Assembly (NCBI GenBank): GCA_951406725.2
Contig: OX597814.1
Location: forward strand, 310,001 to 374,000
DNA length: 64,000 bases
Source: Octopus vulgaris
Taxonomy: Eukaryota
Direction: 5' to 3'
Below the pieces are notes generated by a model. The model did not search any database. It was not told where the DNA came from and was given only the letters and a program-made list of their open reading frames with translations. The position numbers and the translations under genes were made by a program. Shown piece after piece: positions 28,126 to 41,135 of the stretch. The number at the start of each line of letters is the position of its first letter. The stretch's first letter is position 1.

Positions 28126-28260
28126 CTTCACGGTAGAATAAATAAGCAAACATTCATTCCAGACCTCGCTTTTGACTGTCATTGACAGAAATGTCTGTCA
28201 ATGACAGTATTGTTCAACAGTAAAATTACTGAGTAATTACTGCTCTCATAAAGTTAAGTT
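28126..28260 (-). promoter_or_regulatory. Probable non-coding first exon / promoter region of the membrane-protein gene
   Basis: Consensus donor GAAG|gtgagt (GT at 28125-28124). Locally CpG-enriched unique sequence. Coding exon 1 starts with an acceptor, so an upstream UTR exon is required. The 5' boundary is unknown. Confidence 0.55.
28175..28208. promoter_or_regulatory. Perfect 15-bp inverted repeat with four TGACAG/CTGTCA half-sites
   Basis: actgtcattgacaga-aatg-tctgtcaatgacagt; each arm itself contains the palindrome CTGTCA-W-TGACAG. Confidence 0.6.
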
Positions 28261-30274
28261 ATTAATTTTTTATATAAAAAAAAGGACAGACCTCAGCCAA
28301 TCTGGTGCCAAATTAACATTTTTCATCACAATAAGAATCAGGAAGTATAAAAGAATAATTTAATAGGGTCACCTTTTATCTGCATATTGAAGCCAAGCCC
28401 TATAACCCAGTTTCTCTTTCTTTCTCTCTTCCTCTATCTCCCCATCTTTCACCCACTTCCCCTCTCTCTCTCCCTCTCTCCCTCTCTCACTTTCTTAATT
28501 TCTTTTGCTCTCTGTCCTCACAATATAAGTACAAGATGCATTTAAAAAATATCCAACTTATATTTTCCCACCAAATTTATGCCACGTGGGCAAAATATTT
28601 TGTGTTGGAGGTGACGCCACCCTTCCTGCACATGTGGGAAAAATTTCGTGCTGGTGGACCCTGTCAGTTCCCGGCTGTTATGCCTAGAGCACAGATGTGT
28701 TAGGCACACCTGTCAGATTTTTGTTTTCACAGCACCTCACAGACCCTTTTCACCTGACTGACATGATTCAGAGACAAACCAGGACAAGATATCCAGTGCC
28801 AATATAGATCGCTGGCTCAGGAATGTGGGAACTCCCTGACCTCAAGCACAACCAAAATATTCCCAAAATATTCAAAACCATTCCCTGCATGTCTGGTTTT
28901 ATATCAGAGTGACCGTCTAGAAACATTCTTTAGCTAAAGCTGAGGGACGTCTCACTCCCAGTGGTCTTCCAGAAAGCTGGACACCAACCTCGAATTTCTG
29001 AGGGCTTGAGCTATTGCAAGATAGCCATTGAACCAACACTATATACATCCAATCTTTTGGTCATGCTTTTAGTCCTGCTGGGTTTCTAACGACTCTCCTC
29101 ACCAGGTGAGCCTAGTGCAGGTGCTAGTTTAGTCACCAATGACCTGACCATGCAACAAGTTGTACAGGAGTCCATGTTACTAGTAGCACTCATGAGAGAC
29201 TTCACAAATGACGTGACATAACATACATCCATCCATCCATCCATACATACATACATACGTACATATGTACATACATACGTACATACATACATACATACAC
29301 ACATACATACATACATACATACGTACATACATAGATACATACATACATACATACACACATACATACGTACATACGTACATACATACATACGTACATACGT
29401 ACATACATACATATATACGTACGTACGTACATACATACATACGTATGTACGTACATACATACATACGTACATACTTCCCAACCACATGGTTCCGGGTTCA
29501 GTCCCACTGTGTGGCACCATGGGCAAGTGTCTTCTACTATAGCCTCAGGCCGACCAAAGCCTTGTGAGTGGATTTGGTAGACGGAAACTGAAAGAAGCCC
29601 ATTGTACACATGTATGTATGTGTTTATGTGTCTGTGTTTGTCACTCCACTATCACCTGACACTGATGTTGGTGTGTTTATGTCCAATAGAATAAATACTA
29701 AGGTGGCAAGCTGGCAGAAACGTTAGCACACCGGGCAAAATTCTCACTAGTATTTAATCAGCCATAGCATTCTGAGTTCAATTTCCGCCGAGGTAAAAAT
29801 CTGCCTTTCATCCTTTTGGGGTCGATTAAATAAGTACCAGTTACGCACTGGGGTTGATATAATTGACTTAATCCCTTTGTTTGTCCCCTCCATGTTTAGC
29901 CCCCCTGTGGGCAATAAAGAAATAAAACAAAGAAATTTAAAAAATAGAATAAACACTTGGCTTACAAAGAATAAGTCCTGGGGTCGATTTCTTCAACTAA
30001 AGGCAGTGCTCCAGCATGGCTACAGTCAAATGACTGAAACAAGTAAAAGAATAAAATTCCTAATAATATCTGATTCTAAAACTGTAATAAGAAGCGTTAT
30101 GGACGTCCAGTTGGAAAAAGCAGGAATCAAAGCTGTCCGTAGACAAAATATGGTTGACAACCACAGCTGTAGAAGGGCCACAAGGCTATTCACCTTATAT
30201 AAGAGAGGGTGGGAGTAATCAGGGTGGGGCTGAAAAGAGAGATAAATTAGGAGTAAAGATGTGTCAAGGTGAAC

Positions 30275-30504
30275 TTAAACCCTTTTGTTACCAACCCGGC
30301 AAAAGCTATCTTTGGCGCTGAGAACAAATTACTTGTTTTCATAAGTTCTGAATAAAAATCTTCCACCAAACCTTAGTCACAATTTATGTTCCTAACACTA
30401 GCTGAATGATAACTAAGTTATTTGACTAAATTCTTTGGTATATTTAAAATCAATTGAAAGAAACACAGAGCACCTCAAAATAAATACGGTAATGAAAGTT
30501 TTAA
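30275..30504. mobile_element. Decayed piggyBac-type MITE
   Basis: ttaa-accctttt-gttacc ... ggtaatgaaagtt-ttaa ends. Confidence 0.55.
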
Positions 30505-31334
30505 TGTATGACAAGTTGATGAGTCAAAGTACCTGACAAAAATTCTTTGTGACATTAACTTGTATCCCAAGAACATTCTGAGTTCAAAACCTCACCAAAT
30601 TCGACTTTGCTTCCCTTTTTGCTGGGGTAGGATGGTAGTAAGGAGGAGATAAAATAATTTAACAATCAAATACTGGAGGTTAATTTAATATTTCCCTAAA
30701 GTGAACATGGAAGGAATTATAACAGAAGAAGATTAAACAGAATGTTCCACCACCCGACCATTCCTGACCCAGCTCCTCTCCAATGCCAAATTTTTGGTCT
30801 ATGCCAATGCTAGAAATCATCATTATTATATGGTATTGAAGTAATTCCATAGAATTATGGTATCAAAGCAATAAAGAGAGGAATATTCATTATTTCTTTC
30901 AGTAGCAGAACAGAAGAAGCAAAACCAAAAATAAAAAAGAGCCAAAAAGCCATTCAAGTGGGATCTTGTTTCGGGGCCAAAATACATTGGTTTTAGGTCA
31001 GAGTTGGATAACACACAATCAACTTGTTATCTAACTCTTTATAGAAGTAATTCTATGGAATACACACATACATACATACATACATACATACATACATACA
31101 TACATACACACACACATACATACACACACACATACATACATACATGCATACATACATACACACATACATACATACATACACACATACATACATGCATGCA
31201 TACATATATGCATGCATACATGCATACATGCATGCATACATGCATACATGCATACAAGGATATCTACACACACACGCAAATATAGAGAGGAAGACAGAGA
31301 TAAATGTGTATGTGTAAATACATATATATATATA

Positions 31335-31380
<46 letters not shown>

Positions 31381-31545
31381 GTACTCATATATATACATAT
31401 ATATGTATGTATACATACATATATATATATTTTGTAGTGTCTCGGTGTGGGGGGTGAGTGTATGGGTGTGAGTGGGTGTATGTGCATGTGTGTGTATGTA
31501 CATGCGTGTGCGTGTGTTATGTGCATGTGTGTGTGTGTGAGAGAC

Positions 31546-31592
<47 letters not shown>

Positions 31593-31994
31593 TAATGATT
31601 AGCTTCCAATTTTGTTTATCGTGAAGAATTTTTTGTCAGGTTTCCAAAATTTCCTTTCAGACAGCTTTGATTTTTGCTTATCAGAGCTGGCAGAGTTAAG
31701 ATGGTTCCAGCAGATGATGCTATTGGAGTTATTGTTGGTGAAATAACGAATGATACGTTAATATTTCTGCCCCAGTAAACACAGAGGTAGTGTTCTTAAC
31801 ATGTTAGGATAGGACACACACACACACAGATGTGAATGATATTACATCACCATCATCATCATTTAGCGTCTGCTTTCCATGCTGGCATGGGTTACTGGTT
31901 TGATCTAACTGGAACTGGCAAGCTGGAGAGCAGCACCAAGTTCTAGTTTGGTTTGGCATCATTCCTAAGGCTGGATGCCTTTCCTAACACCAAA

Positions 31995-32200
31995 GATATA
32001 TAAAAGCGTGGAATGGAGTGAAAGCATTTGAGGAGGCCAGGGTGACACATGTAAGGCTCAAGAGAGATTTAAGGAAGAATGTTGTGATCAAGAAGATGAA
32101 TTTCAGTGACCTTTCTGTGTGCACAGTTTGTGACAGACCATGTCGTTCTTTTGCTGGGCTCAAATCCCATTTGTGGACCCATGAAAAAACGAACCTCCAC
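31995..32200 (+). mobile_element. RTE-like LINE C-terminal fragment
   Basis: GVKAFEEAR...CTVCDRPCRSFAGLKSHLWTH C2H2 end typical of RTE ORFs. Confidence 0.65.
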
Positions 32201-32699
32201 CGACTTCTCTGCCAATATATCTGGGCACATCTTTCAATGCTGTGTGTGCCATTAGGTCTGCAAATCTAAGAGAGGCCTCAAAATACATTTGAAGATCCAC
32301 AAAGATCAGAACTTAACTGCAGCCCTTGATGGTCCAAATCAGATAAGCAATCTTATTTCTTCATTGCCCACAAGGGGCTAAACACAGAGAGGACTAACAA
32401 GGACAGACAAACAGATTAAGTCGATTACATCGACCCCTGTGCGTAACTGGTACTTAATTTATCGACCCCGAAAGAATGAAAGGTAAAGTCAACCTTGGCA
32501 GAATTTGAACTCAGAACGTAACGGCAGACAAAATACCGCTAAGTATTTCGCCCGGCGTGCTAACATTAATCAGATATGCCAGCTCGACACCTTAATCAGA
32601 TATGCAGTCTATGTGGGTGACTTTTCAATACATTGTCTGGTTTAAAAAGCCACATCAGACGCTACGATGGATCTAAGGTATAAGTACAAGAGGTGGTCA

Positions 32700-32925
32700 G
32701 ACTCTGCATAAGGAATAGACAACCACCATATCTATATATATATATTGTGTCTCCCTTTTCTCTTGGACTTTCCTCCATCTCCTATTTCTGACAAAGAGCT
32801 TTGCTCGAAATGTAAAACTACTTTTCCTTCCTTTCCTGAGCGTCTGCTAACACTTTGCATGTACCACGTTCTCGTGTTGTTGTTCTTTTCTTGTGTTTTT
32901 CCTCATATTTATAGGATTAATTATA
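32700..32925 (+). mobile_element. Probable Penelope 3' UTR fragment with decayed hammerhead core
   Basis: ctgacaa-a-GAGC-ttt-GCTC-GAAA at 32788-32810. Confidence 0.45.
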
Positions 32926-33003
32926 TATATATACACACATATATATTTCAGAGCAAATGGTTCTTTACACAGCACTGTTTTTACAATCCTATCAATAATA
33001 ATG

Positions 33004-33155
33004 ATGGTATTTTTATATAAGCTTGAAGCTTAGGGCGATTACCATGCAATGACTAAGGAAAATAGTCTAAGGAAAATATGCCCCTTTATTAGACTATTTT
33101 CCTTAGTCATTGCACAGTGATTGCCATAAGCTTCAAGCTTATATAAAAATACCAT
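33004..33155. mobile_element. Fold-back element with 67-bp arms next to (TA)n
   Basis: atggtatttttatataagcttgaagctta...aatagtctaa mirrored, 18-nt spacer. Confidence 0.85.
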
Positions 33156-33179
33156 ATATATATATATATATATATATTT

Positions 33180-33655
33180 ACAGGATAGCTGTGTGAAAAA
33201 GTGCCAATCCCTAGCAGTTGAGGGAATCTGTGGAAGAGATAGACCTAGGAAGACCTGGGATGAGGTGGTGAAGCAGGACCTTCAAACTTTAGGCCTCACC
33301 GAGGCAATGACTAGTGACCGAGACCTTTGGAAATATGCTGTGCTTGAGAAGACCTGGTAAGCTAAGTGAGACCATAACCTGGGGCCTATGCCAGTGGTGT
33401 AACCACTCCATTTAGGCGTACTTTTCTTTCACTGGACACTAAACGCTGCTTGCAAAGACTGTTGAGGCAAATGAAATCGAAATTAAATTCGATGACAGCA
33501 CCGCATGACTGGCATCCGTGCTAGTGGAGCACTACTAGCACTTGTGCCAGTGGTATGTGAAAAACAACTTTAGAGCGAGGATATTGCCAGTGCCGCTGGA
33601 CTGGCTCCTTGCTGGTGACATTTAAAAGCATCATTTGAGCATAGCCATTGCCAGT
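33180..33655 (+). mobile_element. RTE LINE 3' end with UTR
   Basis: G.CGRDRPRKTWDEVVKQDLQTLGLTEAMTSDRDLWKYAV; the UTR resembles the body of the GAT-tailed SINE. Confidence 0.75.
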
Positions 33656-33906
33656 ACCTATTTCTTTACTACCCACAAGGGGCTAAACATAGAGAGAACA
33701 AACAAGGACAGACATAGGTATTAAGTCGATTACATCAACCCCAGTGCGTAACTGGTGCTTAATTTATCGACCCTGAAAGGATGAAAGGCAAAGTCGACCT
33801 CGGCGGAATTTGAACTCACAATGTAACGGCAGACAAAATACCACTACTTTCCTCAGTGAAATTGTCCAACCCATGCTAGCATGGAAAGCGGACGTTAAAC
33901 GATGAC

Positions 33907-33951
<45 letters not shown>

Positions 33952-36411
33952 ATATGTACATCAATCATAATGCAGTGAGCTGATAGAGTCTTTGTCACAT
34001 TGGGAAAAATTCTTAGCGACATTTCTTCCATTTCTGTGTTCTGAGCTGAAATTCCTCCAAGGATGACATTGCCTTTCATCATTCTGGGGTCAACACTAGA
34101 AGTACCAGTTGAATACTGTGGCTGATGTAATTCACTTAGCCCCTCCCATGAAATTGCTGGTCTTGGGACAAGATCTGAAACCAATATTCAGGAATACATA
34201 TAGACACAGGCATGGCTGTGTGGTAAGAAGATCGCTTCCCAACCACATGGTTCTGGGTTCAATACCACTGTGTGGCACATTGGGCAAGTATTTTCTGCTA
34301 TAGCCTCAGGCTGACTTTGCAAGTGGATTTGATACATGGAAAATGAAAGAAGCCCATCATATATGTGTGTGTGTGTGTATGTGTGTGCGTATATGTGCAT
34401 GTGTGTGTGTTTGTTTCTTTGTGTCTGTGTTTGCCCCCCCCCTCCACCACTTGGCAACCAGTCGAGATGTGTTTACATCCCTATAACTTAGTGGTTCGGC
34501 AAAAGAGACCGATAGAGTAAGTACCAGGCTTAAGAAGAAAATATGTACTGGGGGTGGGGGGGGGTCTATTCATTCGAGTGAAAATTTTTCAAGTCAGTGC
34601 CCCAGCATGGCCACAGTCTAATGATTGAAACAAGCAACAAATTAAAGATAAAAGATACACACACACACACATATACACACACGTGTGTGTGTAAGTATGC
34701 ATATGTGCATGTACAGACAGACACACAGACAAGACAGACAGACAGACAAGACAGACAGACAGACATGCTGGATACCAAATAGTTTAGTCAACAGATCAAA
34801 AAGTAGTTTACAATATTAATGAAGGTTAATTATATTGATATAGGTTCATTGTATTAATTAAAGTCAACTAACAATTTCTTTTTCTTTTTTTCTTTTTTTT
34901 TTCATAATAAACAATAATCGTTTATTTCCTTCTTTCTTCTCAGTAATTCAACTGAAAAGATTTTAATCTTGGGTGTTTTTTTTTTTCATTCTTCCATTTT
35001 TTTAAATATTTTTTGTTATATTTCTAACATCAATCTAGAATTAGTTCTAGTCGTATCGTTTATAATCTTCGATGTTTATTCTTCCTCTCTGTCCAGCAGC
35101 AGTTCTTTGATGCACAGAATATTATTACCATAAATGGTTGCCAAACTGATTCTCTTCGACAGCCATGAAGCAGAGACCACTTCGCCTGATGCTGCGACTG
35201 TGTTTGCCTCAATGGAATTTTACCATTGTTGATTCGCTGGCAACGCTGTTTCCTTCACAGACGTGGCCGAGTGGTAGGAAGCTTGCTTCCCAACCACATG
35301 GTTCCAGGTTCAGTCCCACCGTATGGCACTTTGGACAAGTGTCTTCTGCCGTGTGTTTGGATTTGGTAGACAGAAACTGAAAGAAGCTTGTCATAGGCAC
35401 AAGTGTGACAGTGTAGGAAGCAGATAACATCTCAGTCACATGGTTCTGGGTTCAGTCCCAACGTGTGGCACCTTAGGCGAGTGTTTTCTGCTTTAGCCTT
35501 GGGCCAACTAAGCCATGTGTGTGGAGTTGGTAGATGGAAACTGAAAGAAGCCCCTTTGTATATGTACGTATGTGTGCATATAGTGTGTGTTTGTGTTTGC
35601 CCCCCCCCCCCCCAACACTGCTTGATAACTGGTGCTGGTTTGTTTACATCCCTGTAAGCACCAGACTTTAAAAAAATAAGCACTCTGGTTGGTGAATTGA
35701 ACTAAACCCATCACAGCAGTACCCCAGCATGGCCTTGGTCCAAAGACTGAAGCAAGTATAAGATGAAAGAAGACACCAGGTGGCAGCATGTTCTTGTACA
35801 ATTTGCATTCTTGCCTCGCCTCTGCAACATTCTAAATATGGATCACATCAACCTCCAAGACATGGCTGTCAGGGAAGGAATCAGTAAAAGTGATGCCTTC
35901 AGATCAATAAGCAGCAGAAATGGCACAACGGAACTCAGTGTCTTTCTTTTGGGGATCAATTATCTACCACTCACACACCTTAATATTTGCTACACACAAA
36001 GCAGTGAGCCAGGAAAATCGTTAGCAGGCAAAATTCTTTGTAGTATTTTATCCATCATTATGATCTGAGTTCAAATTCTGCTGAGATCTACTTTGTCTTT
36101 CATCCTTTGGGGTCAATAAAACAAGTGCCAATAGGACATTGGGGTCAGTGTAATCAATGATCCCCTTTTCTCAAAGTTGCTGGCTTTGTGCCAAAATTTG
36201 ATCCCAGTATTTGGCACACATGTTAATCCATGCAAAGAACCACACCAACTTAGACGGGACCATTGTCCATAGCTTGGCACCAATTTGGGAGAGGCACTAC
36301 TCTTCAGCACATATGCCATGGCTCAGCACATGAGCCATGGGTCACATTAAGCTCCATCACCAGACAACCCACCTGAAGGAAGGGTTGGGAAGGGTGATCG
36401 ATGAGATAAAA

Positions 36412-36642
36412 GGCGGCGAGCTGGCAGAAACGTTAGCACGCCGGGCGAAATGCTTAGCAGTATTTCGTCTGACGTTACGTTCTGAGTTCAAATTCCACTG
36501 AGGTCGACTTTGCCTTTCATCCTTTCGGGGTCGATAAATTAAGTACCAGTTATGCACTGGGGTCGATGTAATCGACTTAATCCATTTGTCTGTCCTTTTT
36601 TGTCCCCTTTGTGTTTAGCCCCTTGTGGGTAATAAAGAAACA
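36412..36642 (+). mobile_element. Full-length copy of the most abundant SINE (SINE-1, ggcggcgagctggcagaa head) with 18-bp TSD
   Basis: B-box gagttcaaattcc; TSD gatc(g/a)atgagataaaagg at 36396-36413 and 36643-36660. About 25 other copies occur, e.g. near 3350, 4730, 12530, 13205, 15525, 19350, 29700, 32360, 33660, 34010, 41110, 43296, 48103, 48838, 50490, 54865, 59600. Confidence 0.9.
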
Positions 36643-37041
36643 GATCAATGAGATAAAAGGTCAATTGCTTTATAGGCAGAGGAATGGCTGTGTGAAAAGA
36701 CATTTACTTCCCACCACACGGTTCCAGGTTCAGTCTTCCTGCGGGGCAGCCTTTGGTGAGTGTCTTCTACTATAGCCTCAGGCCGACCAAAACCTTGTGA
36801 GTGGGTTTGGTAGATGGAAACTGAAAGAAGCCTGCCATCTCTGTCTGTATGTCTGTGTTTGTCTCCCACCACCACTTGGCAACCGGTGTTGGTGTGTTTA
36901 CATCCCTGTAACTTAGGAGTTCAGAAAATTAAAACGATAGAATGATCACCAGGCTTAAAGAAAAGACAAAATAAGTCCTGTGGTCAATTCGTTCAGCTAA
37001 GATTCATCAAGGCGGCGCCCCAGCATGGCCACAGTCTAATG

Positions 37042-37181
37042 CAGTGGTTCCCAAGCTGTGGTTCACAGCACCCTGGTGGTCCACAAAGGTAATACTGGGT
37101 TGGGGGCATGAACTAAATTCAAAATGTCATATATATATTAATATATATGTATGTATATGTATATATATATATATATATACA

Positions 37182-37246
<65 letters not shown>

Positions 37247-37331
37247 AGGCTAAGTATATTAAAAGGGGTCTGGGAGGAAACTTATTTAAATAAAAAGGGG
37301 TCCTTGGTAGTGAAGAGGTTGGGAACTGCTG
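37042..37331 (+). mobile_element. hAT-type MITE inserted in the tail of a SINE-2
   Basis: TIRs cagtggttcccaa...ttgggaactgctg; 8-bp TSD gtctaatg/gtctagtg. Confidence 0.88.
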
Positions 37332-37374
37332 GTCTAGTGACTGGAACAAGTTGAAGATAAAAGATTTAAGATAT

Positions 37375-37812
37375 ATCCTTTTCTACCCTAGGCACAAGGC
37401 AGAAAATTTTGGAGGGGAGGGGGTCAGTCGATTAGATCGACCTCAGTACGCAACTGGTACTTAATTTATCAACCCCAGACAGGATGAAAGACAAATTCGA
37501 CCTCGGCGGAATTTGAACTCAGAACGTAACGGCAGACGAAATACCGCTAAGCATTTTACCCGGTGTGCTAACAATTCTTATTTCTTTATTGCCTACAAGG
37601 GGCTACAAACATAGAAGGGACAAACAAGGACAGACAAACGGATTAAGTCGATTATATCGACCCCAGTGCGTAACTGGTACTTATTTAATCGACCCCGAAA
37701 GGATGAAAGGCAAAGTTGACCTTGGTGGAATTTGAACTCAGACCGTAACAGCAGATGAAATACTGCTAGGCATTTCGCCCGGTGTGCTAACCATTCTGCC
37801 AGCTCGCCGCCT
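37375..37812 (-). mobile_element. SINE-1 tandem dimer (short-tail plus long-tail variant)
   Basis: Two copies with different 3' tails. Confidence 0.85.
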
Positions 37813-38774
37813 TAAGACTAAAAACATATCACCACCACCACCACCACCACCACCACCACCACCACCACTATTATCACCACAACTCTGACATCATCCACCC
37901 CCTCCGCCCCCAAAAGCAACAACACTTCTCTCACCAGTTACTATTTGGTCAATCTAACTAAAGTTACTACTACAACTCTTGAACTTACTACTACTACTAC
38001 TACTGTTACTACTTCCACCACTACAATTACTACTACCACCACCACCACCACCATTCCTGCTCTTAGACACAGCTGACAACTTTTCATTCACCACAACACA
38101 GCACCTCCTCCTCCCCCTCCTCTTCCCACTTCCTTACCACCTTCTTCTCCTGATCACCTCCCCTTCCCCGTCTCACTGGTCCCCACTCCCCCTTCCTTAC
38201 CATTACACCCTCCTTCCTTACCATTACACCCTCCTTCCCCTCCCCGCTCCTTATAGCCTCCTCTTACTTCTATTCTGCTTCCTCCTCCTCCTTCTTCACC
38301 TCTTCAGGTTTAATACTTTTCTATAACGGCTGCAGCCTCTGTTGCTATGGTTACATAACGTACGTGTCTGTATGTGTGTGTGTGTGTGTGCGTGCGTGTG
38401 TGAGTACGCGTGTATGTGAACTCAGGAGTTGCTTTTGCATATATCTATGTATAAGTGCCTATGTATATGTACGCATATGTGTATGTGTGTGCGTATTTGT
38501 GTGTGTATGTGTATGTGTTAAGTCGCACAATAACAGCTATTGTATGTGTATGCATGCATACATATATATGTGTGCACATGTGTATATATATATATATACA
38601 TATATATATGTGTGTGTGTGTGTGTTAGGGTGCACAAAAGCAGTTATTGTGTGTTTATCAATGTGTGCACGTGTTATTACTGTGTATGCGTGTATGTGTT
38701 AATGGTGTTTTGGGGGGGGGTGTAAGTGTGTGAGGGTAACCTTGAGATAGATATAGGTGTGTTTATCGTGTATG

Positions 38775-39184
38775 TAGGAGTGGCTGTGTGGTAAGAATCT
38801 TGCTTCCCAACCACATGGTTCCGGGTTCAGTCCCACTGCGTGGCACCTTGGGCAGGTGTCTTCTACTATAGCCTCGGGCCAACCAAAGCCTTGTGAGTGG
38901 ATTTGGCAGACAGAAACTAAAAGAAGCCTGTCGTATATATATGTATATATATATATATATACTCTTTACTCTTTTACTTGTTTCAGTCATTTGACTGTGG
39001 CCATGCTGGAGCACTGCCTTTAGTCGAGCAAATCGACCCCGGGACTTATTCTTTGGAAGCCTAGTACTTATTCTATCGGTCTCTTTTGCCAAACCGCTAA
39101 GTTATGGGGTTGTAAACACACCAGCATCAGTTGTCAAACGATGTTTGCAGGACAAACACAAACACACAAACATACACACACTCG

Positions 39185-39216
<32 letters not shown>

Positions 39217-39238
39217 TATATATGTATAAATATATATA

Positions 39239-39288
<50 letters not shown>

Positions 39289-39380
39289 TACAACGGTCTT
39301 CTTTCAGTTTCCATCTACCAAATCCACTCACAAGGATATGGTTGGCCCGAGGCTATAGTAGAAGACACTTGCCCATGTAT
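38775..39380. mobile_element. Two SINE-2 copies in inverted orientation joined at a (TA)n tract
   Basis: Plus-strand head 38775-38935, then a minus-strand copy 38960-39378. Confidence 0.8.
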
Positions 39381-39717
39381 GTATAATTAGAAAATGGAGA
39401 AAACCACAGATTAACCAAGACATTGATTGGACCACATTTACAGTTTATTTTTTAATACAAAGTATGACATAACAAAATAGGGGACGCAACATATCTTACG
39501 GTGATTACTGATCAGATTGCCATAATGCAATCTATAGATAAATGCGAGAATAAAATTCTTCATTTTCAAAGGACATTCGAATTAAGGCAGCAGATCTTCA
39601 TCAGAGTGAAAAACAAGAGCCTAAAATATTCACAAAAGGAAGAAGGAAAAGGAAAGAAAATATGGTTTAGGCAAATAGCCTAGAAACCCAATATGTTAAG
39701 AGGAAATAATTTACCAT

Positions 39718-40078
39718 GAGATTGCTGGCCTTGTGCCAAAATTTGAAACCAATATTATGAAAGCTCTTTTGAAGTAATTGATACTTTTAACTTCTGGCAG
39801 ATCTAATTAGTCGTATCAATGGGCTTTTCTGAAAGAGCAGTAGATGGAATGCAGAAGAGGAAGCTGAGATGGTATGGCTATATATATTGCATGAATATGT
39901 GTGTATGTGTATATATGTATGTATATGCATCTATATCAGTGGTCCATGGACTTCTGGTGGTCCACAAAGATAGAACTGGGGGGTCCACGAACTAAATTCA
40001 TAATTTCATATATATATGTATATATATGTGTGTGTGTGTATACGTATGTATGTATGTATGTATGTATGTATGTATGTA

Positions 40079-40109
<31 letters not shown>

Positions 40110-40247
40110 AAAGGAAAAAATATTCTGTGGTTTAGTTAGAAGATTGTTCTTTATATTATATTTTTTCTTTTATTTCCTAATTTAATTTTTTATTTGTATA
40201 TTTGTAAGAAAAAATTTGTAGATATGTAAACAACCTTCTAAACCACA

Positions 40248-40290
<43 letters not shown>

Positions 40291-40417
40291 ACATGGTTCC
40301 GGGTTCAGTCCCACTGCGTGGCACCTTGGGCAAGTGGCTTCTACTATAGCCTCGGGCCGACCAAAGCCTTGTGAATGGATTTGGTAGACGGAAACTGAAA
40401 AAAACCTGTCGTATATA

Positions 40418-40483
<66 letters not shown>

Positions 40484-41135
40484 TGTGTTTGTCCCTCCAA
40501 CATCACTTGACAACTGATGCTGGTGTGTTTATGTCCTCATAACTTAGTAGTTCGGCAAAAGAGACCGATAGAATAAGTACTAGGCTTACAAAGAATAAGT
40601 CCTGGGGTCGATGTGCTTGACTAAAGGCAGTGCTCCAGCATGGCCACAGTCAAATAACTGAAACAAGTAAAAGAGTAAAAGAGTATATACATAAGGATAA
40701 GAATATTGAAAGGGGTCTGTGGGAAAATTCATTTAAATAAAAGGGTTGGAACCACTGTTGGGATCCATGGTGGAAAGGTTGGGAACCTCTGATCTATATC
40801 AATTTTGTTGCTGATGGCCCAACCATGCAAGGGTGGTTTTCATTGGACACCCTACAGGATTTTTTTTTTAAACTGTCAAAGAGCAAATAAACTCAGTAAA
40901 ATGAACAGCCACACAACACTTGGGAGTGAGAAACCCCTAGTGAGAAACCCCTACGCATTTCTTTGAGAACCTATGCCAAACCATTTCAGCTTCATCTTCT
41001 GCGTTCTGTCAACTGCTCTTTCTGAAAAGCCCATTGCTGCAACTAATTAGGTTTCCCAGTAATTAAAGCTATTAATTACTTCAAAAGAGCTTTCCTAATA
41101 TTGGTTTCAAATTTTGGCACCAGGCCAGCAATTTC
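39718..41135. repeat. Inverted duplication, ~160-bp arms (39718-39878 and 40975-41135)
   Basis: attgctggcc..gtgccaaaatttgaaaccaatatta.gaaagctcttttgaagtaatt... mirrored at roughly 80% identity by eye. Confidence 0.8.
39937..40791 (+). mobile_element. Same hAT MITE family, carrying a nested SINE-2
   Basis: Perfect 8-bp TSD atctatat (39929-39936, 40792-40799); SINE-2 at about 40285-40690 inside its microsatellite. Confidence 0.88.

Noticed and set aside
30870-30960. Plus-strand SRTEE peptide similar to exon 1 (possible paralogue)
   Set aside because: Five-residue match only, no start codon or signal peptide, stop just upstream.
36412-36500. SINE heads as tRNA genes
   Set aside because: A/B boxes are present, but there is no cloverleaf and they continue into SINE bodies with tails and TSDs.
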